Positions 38,605 through 49,430 of a DNA stretch of 64,000 nt are shown here, piece by piece (positions within the stretch are counted from its first letter, which is position 1; every line of letters starts with the position of its first letter). Origin of the DNA: Nitrosopumilaceae archaeon (GTDB taxonomy: Archaea > Thermoproteota > Nitrososphaeria > Nitrososphaerales > Nitrosopumilaceae). Under the pieces are notes generated by a model. The model did no database searches and was not told where the DNA came from. It saw only the letters and a list, made by a program, of their open reading frames with translations. The stretch lies in contig OZ242365.1 of NCBI GenBank assembly GCA_965208905.1, positions 704,001-768,000 on the forward strand, written 5' to 3'. Both the position numbers and the translations under genes were made by a program.

Positions 38605-40060
38605 CCGACGAACAGGCGCCGTCGCCTTCTTCTACTGGATATGGGATGGACTGGACAGAACAATATTTACTGCCATAAAATTCTCATTTCCGGCTAGGTT
38701 TGTCAGCCCCTTTGGCTTTTTGGGCATGCTCACCTTTATTGTATTTGTAATACTTGGAGTCTCTGGGGCTCTGTTGATGTTCTATTACCAACCTATACTA
38801 GATAGGGCGTGGGACAGTGTAGAGTTCATCAACAATGAAGTACCATTTGGCTTCCATATACGCAACATTCACTATCACGGCTCAAACGCAATGGTGCTCT
38901 TGGCGGTTCTACACATGTACTATCAATACTTTAGTGGCCGCTACAAGATACGCAATGAAATACTATGGGTTACTGGCGTCATACTAGGTACTGTGACGAT
39001 ACTGGAGGCCTTTACCGGCTATGATATAATATTTAGTGAACGCGCCGAGCTGGCTATCAGCATTGCCGCATCTCTAACTAACTCGATACCTGTTGCCGGG
39101 CCGCTCATACGCGACGCTATGTTCGGCAGTGGATTCTCGGACTTTGTATTGAGATTCTATGCGCAACACGTCTTTATCTTGCCTTTGGTGATGTTGGGCC
39201 TTATGGCTGTACACTTTCCTAGGTTTCTGGTATTTGATGTCCCGATGGTCTTTGCCATTGGCGGCGCCATAATGTTGACGGGTGGTGTCTTCCCCATAGA
39301 TTTGGGTTTCAAGTTCCAACCCAATGTGCCGCCGGGAATCACGGTTCCAGAATGGTATCTGACTGGATTGTACGCATTTCTGCGCACTCAATATGACAAA
39401 TTTGTTACTGGCGTGTTGTGGCCCGGTCTCTTCATAGCCTCGTTGCTTTTGGTCCCATTTCTGGACAGATACAAAAAGTTCTCCTGGAAGGATCGTCCCA
39501 TGATTACAGCATTTGGTATTACAGGAATTGCGCAGATAATGGTGACCACCTATTGGGGCTTTTACATCCCTGCAGACACCACCTTGGCACTGGTAGACCG
39601 GCTGGTAATAGACCCTGTATTCTTGTATCTTGTAATGATACTCTTGGTTCCGATGAGCTTTGGATTCACGTACATGATGATAAAACTGGCCAAGGAGGCT
39701 GAGCGCAAGGCAAAGCTTGCCAAAGAGAAGGGACCCAAGCAGGTGTCCACAATTCGCCTATCTCAACAGTGGATAAACTGGCTTGTGGTGGCACTATTGG
39801 CATTCCAGGTCTTTTTGAACATAGCTGCGTATAATGCGGCCTTGACTGGCATGAAGAATATCGAGCTCTTCTTGGTGGGTATGATAATGATTACCTTTGC
39901 TGGGTTCTTCCACCTGTACAGGTATAGCATGAACGAGTCAAAGAAGGCTCCCCCGCCCCCGCCACCAAAGACTGATATGCCACAACTGGCTGAGGCCGAA
40001 AAGGTACCTGAAGTTGAGTCCGAGAAGGCCGTACCTGAAAAGCCACCCATCACCAAGTAG
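38588..40060 (+). CDS. petB: Cytochrome b of complex III
   Basis: IRNIHYHG, haem-ligand His residues, PEWY motif. Confidence 0.95.
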   Translation: MAVSLSRRTGAVAFFYWIWDGLDRTIFTAIKFSFPARFVSPFGFLGMLTFIVFVILGVSGALLMFYYQPILDRAWDSVEFINNEVPFGFHIRNIHYHGSNAMVLLAVLHMYYQYFSGRYKIRNEILWVTGVILGTVTILEAFTGYDIIFSERAELAISIAASLTNSIPVAGPLIRDAMFGSGFSDFVLRFYAQHVFILPLVMLGLMAVHFPRFLVFDVPMVFAIGGAIMLTGGVFPIDLGFKFQPNVPPGITVPEWYLTGLYAFLRTQYDKFVTGVLWPGLFIASLLLVPFLDRYKKFSWKDRPMITAFGITGIAQIMVTTYWGFYIPADTTLALVDRLVIDPVFLYLVMILLVPMSFGFTYMMIKLAKEAERKAKLAKEKGPKQVSTIRLSQQWINWLVVALLAFQVFLNIAAYNAALTGMKNIELFLVGMIMITFAGFFHLYRYSMNESKKAPPPPPPKTDMPQLAEAEKVPEVESEKAVPEKPPITK

Positions 40061-40218
40061 TGACCTCTCCCAAAGAGAGAGAATGGTCTCAATTCCTTGA
40101 AACTATGTCCACCCATCATGCACACCATACATCGTATTATAAGACATCTGAAGCTACATCTGCAAGACACCTTAGTTTTTTCTAGAAAGATTATATTAGA
40201 TTGTAAGTACGCAAAAAC

Positions 40219-40686
40219 GTGAGCCAAGTTAGTACTACTAGTCCTGCATATGGTATAGGACTGATTACAGTCATTGTTGGCGTAGCCGCCAGCTTGGTAT
40301 TTTATCAAGTATTCTATCTGCCTGAGAGTCTACTAAAGCCCAGCGTTGATGAGCATATACTACATCCGGTAGGCCAAACAGAGGTGGAGATGATTCTAGG
40401 CTCTTCGGATGCCAACCAGGATGCTAACTTTGTTCCAAAGCAACTGAACATACAACTTGGTATAGACAACCACGTAATATGGAACAATGTGGACGATACT
40501 GCGCATACAGTAACTCCTGATCACCGTGTAGAAGACTCATACAGTGGTGAGTTTGGTAGCGATGGGGTCATAATGCCAGGAGACTCTTATGAGTTTCTCT
40601 TTACAGAGGATGTCGAGACCGGCTACTTTTGCATTCCACACCCATGGATGACTGGTGAGCTGATCGTAACAAAGCAGAGATTCTAA
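40219..40686 (+). CDS. Membrane-anchored cupredoxin (complex III associated)
   Basis: N-terminal TM; HTVT...CIPHPWM. Confidence 0.88.
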   Translation: MSQVSTTSPAYGIGLITVIVGVAASLVFYQVFYLPESLLKPSVDEHILHPVGQTEVEMILGSSDANQDANFVPKQLNIQLGIDNHVIWNNVDDTAHTVTPDHRVEDSYSGEFGSDGVIMPGDSYEFLFTEDVETGYFCIPHPWMTGELIVTKQRF

Positions 40687-40773
40687 GCACTACATGGTTT
40701 ATCTAGTATATGTTGTTCCATATTTGACATTTCAGACATACCTTTATGATACATATACACTAACCATACACGA

Positions 40774-41685
40774 ATGAAGAGATTATTGATAACCGGCTCA
40801 TCGGGCTTTATAGGACACAATCTGACTCAAAAATGTCAGCAGGCCGGCTATGACACATATGGGTTGGAGAGGCGAGCCTCTAATCTACCAAATATTATAC
40901 ACGGTGACCTCACTGACCCATCACTATCTGTTGGCGAGCATACCTTTGACTGTGTATTTCATCTTGGTTCTGCAACACCATTGGAGCGTGACACAAAAAG
41001 GCTACATCAAGTAAACGTAGATGGCACCAAAAATCTCTGGAATGCGATATCTGATAAAACCAAATCTGTGATATATGTCTCTGGTTTAGGCATATACGGC
41101 AATGTCAAAGGAGCCATATCTGAATCTACACCATATAACCCAGATACCGAGTTTGCGCGCATGCGCCTAGAGTCTCATGCATATCTGCAAGAGCAGTGCA
41201 AAAATTCAGGCATAAAGTTTAGTGCTGCAATTCTTGGTGATGTGTACGGGCCCGGAGGCTGGTTTAAGAATATCATAGTGGATAAACTACAGAACAACAA
41301 CCCATTTCTGATGCCGGGAGGAGGCAAGTACCAAAAGGCATTCTTGAGTGTGGATGATGCTGCCGGGAGCATACTGTCAATATATGAGAGCGGACTACAA
41401 CTGCCACTATACGTGGTGGCCAGTCCAGAGCAGGTTACATTCCGGGAGTTTTTGGAGTATGCCGCCAGACTGTTGAATGTTGGCCGCCCTCGTTCCATTC
41501 CAAAGTTTGCAGCCAAGATGGCTCTGGGCCCTGATCTGGTAAAGCTTCTCTGCACTCCTACATCCGTATCGAATGATGCTATATCGGAGATATACGAATT
41601 TGCACACCCACAATTTCAAGATGGTCTAACTGATACCATACAAAAGTTGCGCAACAACACATCACTGGACTATAACCAGACTTGA
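40774..41685 (+). CDS. NAD-dependent epimerase/dehydratase family protein
   Basis: ITGSSGFIG, NVDGT, VYGPG. Confidence 0.88.
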   Translation: MKRLLITGSSGFIGHNLTQKCQQAGYDTYGLERRASNLPNIIHGDLTDPSLSVGEHTFDCVFHLGSATPLERDTKRLHQVNVDGTKNLWNAISDKTKSVIYVSGLGIYGNVKGAISESTPYNPDTEFARMRLESHAYLQEQCKNSGIKFSAAILGDVYGPGGWFKNIIVDKLQNNNPFLMPGGGKYQKAFLSVDDAAGSILSIYESGLQLPLYVVASPEQVTFREFLEYAARLLNVGRPRSIPKFAAKMALGPDLVKLLCTPTSVSNDAISEIYEFAHPQFQDGLTDTIQKLRNNTSLDYNQT

Positions 41686-44169
41686 CTTCCAAGGATGGAC
41701 CATACAAAAGTATGGATATTCGCCCTTCTCATCAAATGTATGGATAAACATGCTCCCCGGCATTATAAGACCACTATCAAAGTTGTCATCGGGACCTTCT
41801 GACAGACTGCCACTAGTGACGCTGTGCAGAACAGTGTCATGATTGGTCCAACTTACAGTCTCCCCCTCACTTATGTGGACTATCTGTGGCCTAAAACATC
41901 CGATTTTTCTATCACACTCGGGTGTTGAGGCATTTAGTATGCCAATATGTGTTGCTTGTGCTGGTATAACATGAAACTGTACGTCTGTAACAAAGCCACC
42001 TGTGTGATCATACAGAGATATACCATATGTGCCATCATTGCCCGCCTGCACCTGAGTATTAAAGAGATTATCTGTGACATCGACATCTAGTATCTCTACA
42101 ATCTGTCCGTCTTGGTTGGTTATCATAATAGTACTGGATTCATCGTACATCTCGTTATAGTGACCATCAATCAGCACTGTATCGCCAGATATGTACTGTA
42201 TATGATCAGTGTATATCTTACCTGTATAAGATACTGATGGTGCATCAACAACATAAAATATAGTATCGGCTATGAACTCTCCGTCTTTGTCATACACCTG
42301 TATGCTGTATGTACCTGCATCATCATACCCATGAGTATACGTCTTGATTCTACCATCATCAGTGTGGATGTAAAGACTCTCCACAACGTATCCACTTGAA
42401 TCTGTTATGGTTATATCTGAAGACCCTTCATACTCGTGTGAATATAGTACTGTGATGTGTATGCCGCTTTTAGGCATGTACACTAAATCACTGGTGAACA
42501 CCACTCCAGAATCCGGAGGGGTGACATCCGGACCAGTTACCTCAAATGCACTATTCGCTGAAAGATTACCATCATTATCATACATCCGGACTTTGTATGT
42601 TCCAGATGTGTAATATCCTGCTATGCTCTTATCAAAACCATCGTATAATGTTCCTGCATCTTGGCCGGTTACATCGGTGTGGCTGTCTAAAATGTCTACA
42701 TCAAACACATCTGCTATCATATTATTTGGATCAATTATCACTATCTTTGCTGTACCTCTATATTCGTCCCAGTACCACCCGCGTATCTGTATGCTGTCTC
42801 CGGGCTCGTACGCAGACGGTACCGCCCTAATCTCCCCCAGATCCGACGAATAACTACTATCTGATATCTCCACCAAATGTAACTCATTCTGGTAGTCCTT
42901 TGCAGTAAATACTGCGTCTGGTGTTGGATTATTGGGAGTCAAAAACCCATCTGTACCATACATTAGAACAATGCCTGCCAGTGTAATCTCTGATGTGTAA
43001 TTGATATCACTTGGCATGTTGAATGCATGGCCCATACCTATGGCATGCTTGAATTGATGCAGTGCCGCATCTTTGATGTCCATACTAGTGTCATCTATGC
43101 AGACTGTTACCTGCACAGGCCTTGATGTTATATCTTCATTCGTATAGTATTCACATGTCTTGGGTGTTATCACATGCATTATGATATCAGGCTCTACCTG
43201 ATGGAATAACTCATTACCTGTAATTATGCCAAACTCGACATCCCAACTCCCACCATATCTCTCTTTTAATTTGGCCGTAAGTGATGTTATACTCTCTATG
43301 ATCTCTGTGTAATGATCTTCTGTATCTGATATGATTGCCACCTTGGGCGTTGACTCAAACTTTAAGGGTTTGTATATCTCTATGTATCTTTCACTTGTTA
43401 TGGGGCTTACGGTAACTTGAGTGGGCGATTGAAGTATCTTTACATCTTGACATGACTGATGACTAGTCACTGTGGGGCCCATATCACATGTGGATATTTT
43501 ATGGTACATGTCATTGCCCTCAAAGACCGCATATACCTCCATTGATTCATCCGAGTCTGTATTGACTGCAGACCAACTTGTGCTAAAGCGTCCTGTATCG
43601 TTGACATATGCGTTGCCTAGAATGTCATCTTCACCGGTGGTATCCCTCTCTTTTATGTATATGATGGCACCCTTGGTGTCTCTACCATCCAGGTTTAACA
43701 TACCCGAGAATGTAATGATATCTCCCTCATACGCCTCATGCGGTATTGCATCCAACACAAGATATCCACCATGCTTTAGAATTCTCAAGTTATATGTCCC
43801 ACTCTTGTCGGAACGATAGTCTGCATCCCCATCAAATACAGCATATATGTCAAAATCTAATGTATCGGACTCTACAATCCACGGTATGGCAAACTGCCCT
43901 TGTGAGTCGGTCTTACCACTTGCAAAACACTCATCAGGTGCATACATGTTGTGTCTGCATATCTGTATACTCTTGTCTGGTAGGGGCTCATCCTCACTGT
44001 ATAATGTGCCTGTAAATGATATCTGCTCGCCTATGTATGACCCATCTTGTATGGCATCAAATGTTATGCCTGTGATATATTGGGTGGTATCGTATTGAGC
44101 GTTGGCATTTACCATACATGATACAACAATCAATGATATGATCGATGGTAACGCCCATAACATACTCAT
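41662..44169 (-). CDS. Secreted multidomain protein: Ig-like repeats, metzincin-like motif, C-terminal cupredoxin
   Basis: Signal peptide; HQFKHAIGMGH; HSVT...CMVHPWK. Confidence 0.75.
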   Translation of the reverse strand: MSMLWALPSIISLIVVSCMVNANAQYDTTQYITGITFDAIQDGSYIGEQISFTGTLYSEDEPLPDKSIQICRHNMYAPDECFASGKTDSQGQFAIPWIVESDTLDFDIYAVFDGDADYRSDKSGTYNLRILKHGGYLVLDAIPHEAYEGDIITFSGMLNLDGRDTKGAIIYIKERDTTGEDDILGNAYVNDTGRFSTSWSAVNTDSDESMEVYAVFEGNDMYHKISTCDMGPTVTSHQSCQDVKILQSPTQVTVSPITSERYIEIYKPLKFESTPKVAIISDTEDHYTEIIESITSLTAKLKERYGGSWDVEFGIITGNELFHQVEPDIIMHVITPKTCEYYTNEDITSRPVQVTVCIDDTSMDIKDAALHQFKHAIGMGHAFNMPSDINYTSEITLAGIVLMYGTDGFLTPNNPTPDAVFTAKDYQNELHLVEISDSSYSSDLGEIRAVPSAYEPGDSIQIRGWYWDEYRGTAKIVIIDPNNMIADVFDVDILDSHTDVTGQDAGTLYDGFDKSIAGYYTSGTYKVRMYDNDGNLSANSAFEVTGPDVTPPDSGVVFTSDLVYMPKSGIHITVLYSHEYEGSSDITITDSSGYVVESLYIHTDDGRIKTYTHGYDDAGTYSIQVYDKDGEFIADTIFYVVDAPSVSYTGKIYTDHIQYISGDTVLIDGHYNEMYDESSTIMITNQDGQIVEILDVDVTDNLFNTQVQAGNDGTYGISLYDHTGGFVTDVQFHVIPAQATHIGILNASTPECDRKIGCFRPQIVHISEGETVSWTNHDTVLHSVTSGSLSEGPDDNFDSGLIMPGSMFIHTFDEKGEYPYFCMVHPWKSSLVIVQ

Positions 44170-44275
44170 AATTGTATGGTGTTTTTTGCGCTATTTATTC
44201 CGGTTCCTCCCCCAAAGTTGGGTGATGGTCGATATATTGTTAGATAGTGTTGAATACATTATTAAACCGTACTAT

Positions 44276-44596
44276 ATGATGACTTTTATAAAAAATAGTA
44301 GGGCAGTAACACGCCCATACACAAAAAATTTGGACATACAATACGTGTTTGAACATGTCAGGAAGGTGGCAGAAGTAGCATATGTTATAGCAAATAACAC
44401 AGGGAAGAATACCTATGATGTTGACGCATTGATATACCATACGATGCGCGGTCCCAATCCCAAAGTATATTCGTCCATAACGCAGACCGCTATACGGGAC
44501 GGGGTTGCCGCCCATAAAACGTACAGGACAAAGGCTGCGCAGGGCATGAAAGTGTCTGAACCCGTATTCCGCAAGTCTGATATGGACTTGTTCTGA
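44276..44596 (+). pseudogene. Truncated TnpB-like N-terminal fragment
   Basis: QTAIRDGVAAHKTY...PVFRK resembles the TnpB N-terminal lobe; left-end motif 74 nt upstream. Confidence 0.5.
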
Positions 44597-44779
44597 CCAT
44601 CAATTGTGCAATTTCAAAAATTAGTTAATCAAACTTCGAGAGAACCAAAAGCGTGCCAAATTGTCTAGGATTGTATCATTTGTGTGACGACACCTGTGGT
44701 TACATCTGCCCACCTGGCAACCTTGGGCTTCATACTTTATACCTGATCAGTAATGTCTCCGCAATAACCATCTATTTGA

Positions 44780-45013
44780 CTAGTCGACTATTAGCTCGCC
44801 AGCTATTACATCATCAATGATTGCCTCTCCAGCTGCTACTGCCACAGTCAATGATATGGCCAGCGGAATGATGAGTAGTATCCCCACCAGCAGACAGTTT
44901 TTTGCTTTGTCTAGATCATCGTGCCTGATGGCAAGGAATGCTATTATGCCTCCTGGCAGATTAAACAACACTGGCAGTATAAACCAGAGCCTACTTCTAT
45001 ACCTGTTGGCCAT
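44780..45013 (-). CDS. Small membrane protein
   Basis: RSRLWFILP...GGIIAF...DDLDKAKNCL; two hydrophobic segments. Confidence 0.7.
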   Translation of the reverse strand: MANRYRSRLWFILPVLFNLPGGIIAFLAIRHDDLDKAKNCLLVGILLIIPLAISLTVAVAAGEAIIDDVIAGELIVD

Positions 45014-45231
45014 GTGTTCCTGTACAAATATCCACAGCATGCCATTTCTGACTTTGTGTAGATGTTGCATCTCCATGTATATAGTACTCATCTGGGGTAT
45101 TTAAGATAACACCGACCAATTTGGCGTACTTTTCGTTGTACGTCTTTGTTCTGGAAGGGATGATACTCAGGTATGATTATGAGACCGCGTTGATCCTCTC
45201 ATTTTTATAAGTAATTACATTAATTGGTACA

Positions 45232-45555
45232 TTGAAGGCAGCCGTACTGTATAATAAAAAGACCATCGACCTTCAATATGTAATCAAAATTTATGGTGCG
45301 GCCACTATAGAGCACTGTAATCCAGAGACCATCAACAAGGTGATCCCTACACTTGAGACGAGCAGTCACATAATTTGCCCCATCGACATAGAGTACACTC
45401 TAAATGACATACCCGTCTTGGATGGGTTTGAGCAGCTGAAAGCCGAACAGTATGGCCCCCACAACCACATTCTGGAAGACCATCTGACGGGAAGGTGCTG
45501 CTTGCCTTGGCGTTTCACGAATACTCCACACCCCAGAGGCAAGCCGGTGAAGTAG
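45232..45555 (+). pseudogene. Collapsed remnant, possibly of an ATP-grasp/M20 peptidase gene
   Basis: N-terminus resembles D-Ala-D-Ala-ligase-like starts; IPVLDGF...HILEDHL..R resembles an M20 C-terminus. Confidence 0.35.
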
Positions 45556-45558
45556 GAG

Positions 45559-47208
45559 ATGTCCAGTACAGTCGAGACCACCCTAAAGCGTGTCGAAGAG
45601 TCGTTTCGTATGACTCCTGACAAAAAAGCATCCTTATCTAGGCGCGGAATGGTTGCAACGGCATTTCCAGATGCCACCTGCGCTGGGGCCGAGATGCTTC
45701 GGCGCGGAGGCAATGCGGTGGATGCCGCCTGCGCAGCCTCTCTTGCCTTGGCAGTATGCGAGCCGCAAGCATCCGGAATAGGTGGGCAGACCATCGCCCT
45801 AATACATGTGAATGGCAGAACCGTTGCGATAGATGGTTCTAGTCGGGCGCCGTCCCTGGCACACTCTTCCAGATTTACCACGCAACAGACGCGGTTCCTC
45901 GGATATGGAGCTTCCACCGTACCTAGCACTATTGCAACCATCGGCTACCTGAACGATCACTATGGCTGTCTAGACTGGGAGACGATTGTGGGGCCGGCGA
46001 TACGCATAGCCAGGCGCGGATACAGAATCACCAAGCTGCAGCACAGGTGTCAGGTGGATAACCTAGACAAATTCCTCTCTGTGGAATCCCGGTCAGGAGC
46101 AAAGTACTTTCTCAAGGATGGGCTGGCTCCCTACGAAGTGGGCGACCTGTTCATACAGGAGGAATTGGCCGAAACGCTGGACCATCTTGGCAAGTACGGA
46201 TACCACTCGTTCTACCATGGAGATATGGCGGATCAGATAGACGCAGACATGCGCAAGAACGGCGGCCTACTCCGGAAAGAGGATCTAGTCCTAGTCCCCA
46301 CACCGGTGGAGAGAAGGCCCATCTCCCGGAAGTATCGGGGAATCCGCGTCTCTACGATACCCCCACCTGGCGCGGGAGACACGATGCTCTTGGTCCTGAT
46401 GATACTAGACAATATTCCACGAAAGTACGTAGGCGAGAAGAGTCATAACTCCTATCACTATCTGGCCGAGACGTTCAGGAAGGCCCTCCTGTACAGGACA
46501 CAGAGGCCCTTTGATCCTAACACATATCACCATATTACCAACAAGACCCACTTGAGCGTTGATTTTGCAAGAAGACTGGCCAGATCTATAAAAGACAACG
46601 TTGATCCCACCCTTCCGTTGCGGGAACCTCCGGCAGATCCCGAAGATACCACCCACCTGTCTACCATGGACGAGGAAGGAAATGCGGTCAGCATGACCCA
46701 GTCCATAGAACTGGTCTATGGATCCAAGGCAGCGGCAGACGGACTGGGATTCTTGTACAACAATTACATGTCGGCATTTGAGATCAGCAATCCCGTACAT
46801 CCGTTCTATCTAAGGCCCAATGCCGTGCCATGGTCGTCAGTCTGTCCTAGTATAGTATTCAATGGTAGTGAGCCGTGGATCACTGTGGGCAGCCCCGGAA
46901 GCGAGAGAATATTCAGTACGATGAGTCTGTTCCTGTCGAGACTCTTTGATGAAGAGAACTCCATATATGATGCCATGGCAAGATCGCGTATTCACTGCTC
47001 TCTTGGAGGCCAGATAAGCCTAGAGACTGACGGTGCCGGGGACGGCCTGGCGGCATACCTAAAGAAGCGCGGGTACAAAGTGAACGTACTGGACAGATAC
47101 TCGTTTTATCTGGGGACGATACATGCGGCGATGAGATGTCTAACCAGAGAAGGCTTTCAGGGAGTGGCAGACATCAGGCGCGACGGGACTGCAGAGGGCA
47201 TTCCATGA
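45559..47208 (+). CDS. ggt: Gamma-glutamyltransferase
   Basis: GGNAVDAA, EPQASGIGG, autocleavage TTHLS, GSPG. Confidence 0.93.
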   Translation: MSSTVETTLKRVEESFRMTPDKKASLSRRGMVATAFPDATCAGAEMLRRGGNAVDAACAASLALAVCEPQASGIGGQTIALIHVNGRTVAIDGSSRAPSLAHSSRFTTQQTRFLGYGASTVPSTIATIGYLNDHYGCLDWETIVGPAIRIARRGYRITKLQHRCQVDNLDKFLSVESRSGAKYFLKDGLAPYEVGDLFIQEELAETLDHLGKYGYHSFYHGDMADQIDADMRKNGGLLRKEDLVLVPTPVERRPISRKYRGIRVSTIPPPGAGDTMLLVLMILDNIPRKYVGEKSHNSYHYLAETFRKALLYRTQRPFDPNTYHHITNKTHLSVDFARRLARSIKDNVDPTLPLREPPADPEDTTHLSTMDEEGNAVSMTQSIELVYGSKAAADGLGFLYNNYMSAFEISNPVHPFYLRPNAVPWSSVCPSIVFNGSEPWITVGSPGSERIFSTMSLFLSRLFDEENSIYDAMARSRIHCSLGGQISLETDGAGDGLAAYLKKRGYKVNVLDRYSFYLGTIHAAMRCLTREGFQGVADIRRDGTAEGIP

Positions 47209-47975
47209 ACAGGCTGCCCGTGGCAATATCTATCCCACATGGCGGAACTGCCATACCCGCAGAGCTTGATGGTCGTCTTTGTATATCTCCCTGTGATATT
47301 TTACATGATGCTGACCCCTTTGCCATCCAGCTGTACGACCTAGGAGATAGGGTAAGTCGTGTCATCAAAACCGAAACAGCGAGAACTTTTGTTGATTTAA
47401 ACCGCTCGTTACATGATCTTCCACCAGACCACCCCGACGGTATAATAAAGACCTCCACGTTCCACGGACGGCCCATATATCTAGAGGGGATGGAACCTGA
47501 TGAGGGTGTCCAACGAAGACTGATGGAACTATACTACATGCCATATCACAGAGCGATACAGCGTAGTATGATGGAGCTGGACCTGCAGCTGTGTCTGGAT
47601 TGCCATACCATGGAAGCTATCGCTCCCAAGATATCTCCTGATGCCACAGGCAAAAAACGGCCGGTATTCTGCCTGTCCAACAAAGACGGTCGCACATCCT
47701 CCTCAGAGATGATAGAACTATTGGCCTCATGCATGGCCGAGTCGTATGGTATAGACTCGACCCAAATATCCATCAACAACCCCTTCCATGGAGGACACAT
47801 AACGACTACCTATGGCAACAATCCGGTACCGTGGATTCAGGTGGAGATGAACCGCAACCTCTACCTGACAGAGCCATGGTTCGATGCAGAGTCGTTGTCC
47901 ATGGACCATACGCGCCTACAGGACCTGAACAAGCAATTCAGTGACGCGCTAAACATCTTCTTTGCTCGAATCTAA
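47205..47975 (+). CDS. N-formylglutamate amidohydrolase family protein
   Basis: SIPHGG, VDLNR, YYMPYH, DCH, QVEMNR; ATGA overlap with ggt. Confidence 0.9.
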   Translation: MNRLPVAISIPHGGTAIPAELDGRLCISPCDILHDADPFAIQLYDLGDRVSRVIKTETARTFVDLNRSLHDLPPDHPDGIIKTSTFHGRPIYLEGMEPDEGVQRRLMELYYMPYHRAIQRSMMELDLQLCLDCHTMEAIAPKISPDATGKKRPVFCLSNKDGRTSSSEMIELLASCMAESYGIDSTQISINNPFHGGHITTTYGNNPVPWIQVEMNRNLYLTEPWFDAESLSMDHTRLQDLNKQFSDALNIFFARI

Positions 47976-48237
47976 GCCACTTCTGCATGTTACTCCCACC
48001 AGGATGTTATTCTCAGCAGTCTGAATGTGGTTTAAATTATACAATTGATGTCAAAACAGGCCCATATCAGACATATTTTTCTGGACAAAATCATAGCCTG
48101 GTACCACTGCGACATTCTGCATGATACATCTGTATCTTGGTGACCTCGGCTGGGTTTCTACCACCAAAATTTGGCGCGATACAATCCCTCGCCCCTCTGG
48201 AGGACTTGCAGATTATCTAAAGGGATACAGTGCATCA

Positions 48238-48606
48238 TCATCTGATTTTGGAAGAGGAACCTGGTGTATATTCAACAAACACAATTGTACTGTCTACCTC
48301 TTTGTGCTGCTCTATTATGGAGGCTCGAAACTTTACTTCATAACTGCGGTCCGCTTCAAACTTGGCCTCGGCTTCAAACTCTGCAGAGTTGTCTATAACA
48401 TCACTATGCGGTATGAACAGCCGAGCAATGTTGGATATCTTTTTACCATTATATGATGTGTATACGATGTGGTGATTTGAGTCTAGTACCTGTGCATTTA
48501 TGACTATGCCATCGTAGCGGCCCGGATATGATACTGATATTACACCTTTTATGACATCCGTACTACAAAACTTTGCTGGCTTTACCTTTAATGTGATATC
48601 CATCAT
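48238..48606 (-). CDS. Hypothetical protein
   Basis: Clean ORF at the end of the ABC operon. Confidence 0.7.
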   Translation of the reverse strand: MMDITLKVKPAKFCSTDVIKGVISVSYPGRYDGIVINAQVLDSNHHIVYTSYNGKKISNIARLFIPHSDVIDNSAEFEAEAKFEADRSYEVKFRASIIEQHKEVDSTIVFVEYTPGSSSKIR

Positions 48607-48641
48607 ACATCTAAACAACACAGAGGCTTATAATTTGCGCA

Positions 48642-49430
48642 TTAGAACGGCCTGCTGACATCTCTGGTAAACGTCCAGCCCGCCACCAGTATTATCGCAC
48701 CAACAAAGACACCCAGCACTCCTAGACTTAGTGATACTGGTATGCCTGACTCTACTCCGGTCATCATCTCTCGAATCAGCAGAATCGTGTATGTTGCGGG
48801 ATTTATTTGAGCCAATGATGACAGCCAATCTGGCATCAACTCCAACGGAAATAGTGCCGGGCTTATCATGAATAGGGGCATTCCTAGAAAGTTGATTATC
48901 CCCCAGAATGCCTCCTGTGACTTGGCAGTGGCCGCCACAATAACCGACACTCCGGAAAATCCCAAGGAAAACAACGTTACGATGGCCATAATGGGGATGA
49001 TCATTGCATAATCGATAAAACTAACACCAATGATCAACGATATTGCGATAATCAGTGAGGCTTGCAGTGTTGCCACTATTGCTATGGCCAGCATCTTACC
49101 TAATGCCAACGATGATCTGAATATGGGTGAGACAAGAGCCTTGTTCATAAAGCCATATCGACGGTCCCACAAGGTGTTGACCCCACCAAATATACTGGTA
49201 AATATGGCCGTCAACACAATAACTCCCGGCGCCATAAACTCGATATACTCCCCATCAAACCCTGCCGCCTGTATCAGAGGTTTTGTACCCGAGAAGGTGT
49301 GCCCTATAACTACAATCCAGACTGCCGGCTGTATCAGTCTTATCAATACACCACTCTTCGATTTACGATACCGCATCATCTCCCGCCAGAATATGGCATA
49401 TGTATCAGTAGCAAACTTGCGCATTACCAT
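48642..49430 (-). CDS. ABC-2 type permease
   Basis: Six TM helices; YIEFMAPG, DRRYG, NPATY. Confidence 0.93.
   Translation of the reverse strand: MVMRKFATDTYAIFWREMMRYRKSKSGVLIRLIQPAVWIVVIGHTFSGTKPLIQAAGFDGEYIEFMAPGVIVLTAIFTSIFGGVNTLWDRRYGFMNKALVSPIFRSSLALGKMLAIAIVATLQASLIIAISLIIGVSFIDYAMIIPIMAIVTLFSLGFSGVSVIVAATAKSQEAFWGIINFLGMPLFMISPALFPLELMPDWLSSLAQINPATYTILLIREMMTGVESGIPVSLSLGVLGVFVGAIILVAGWTFTRDVSRPF

Noticed and set aside
45118-48176. AATTTGGCG direct repeat around the ggt cassette as att sites
   Set aside because: Only 9 bp, with no integrase or terminal repeats.
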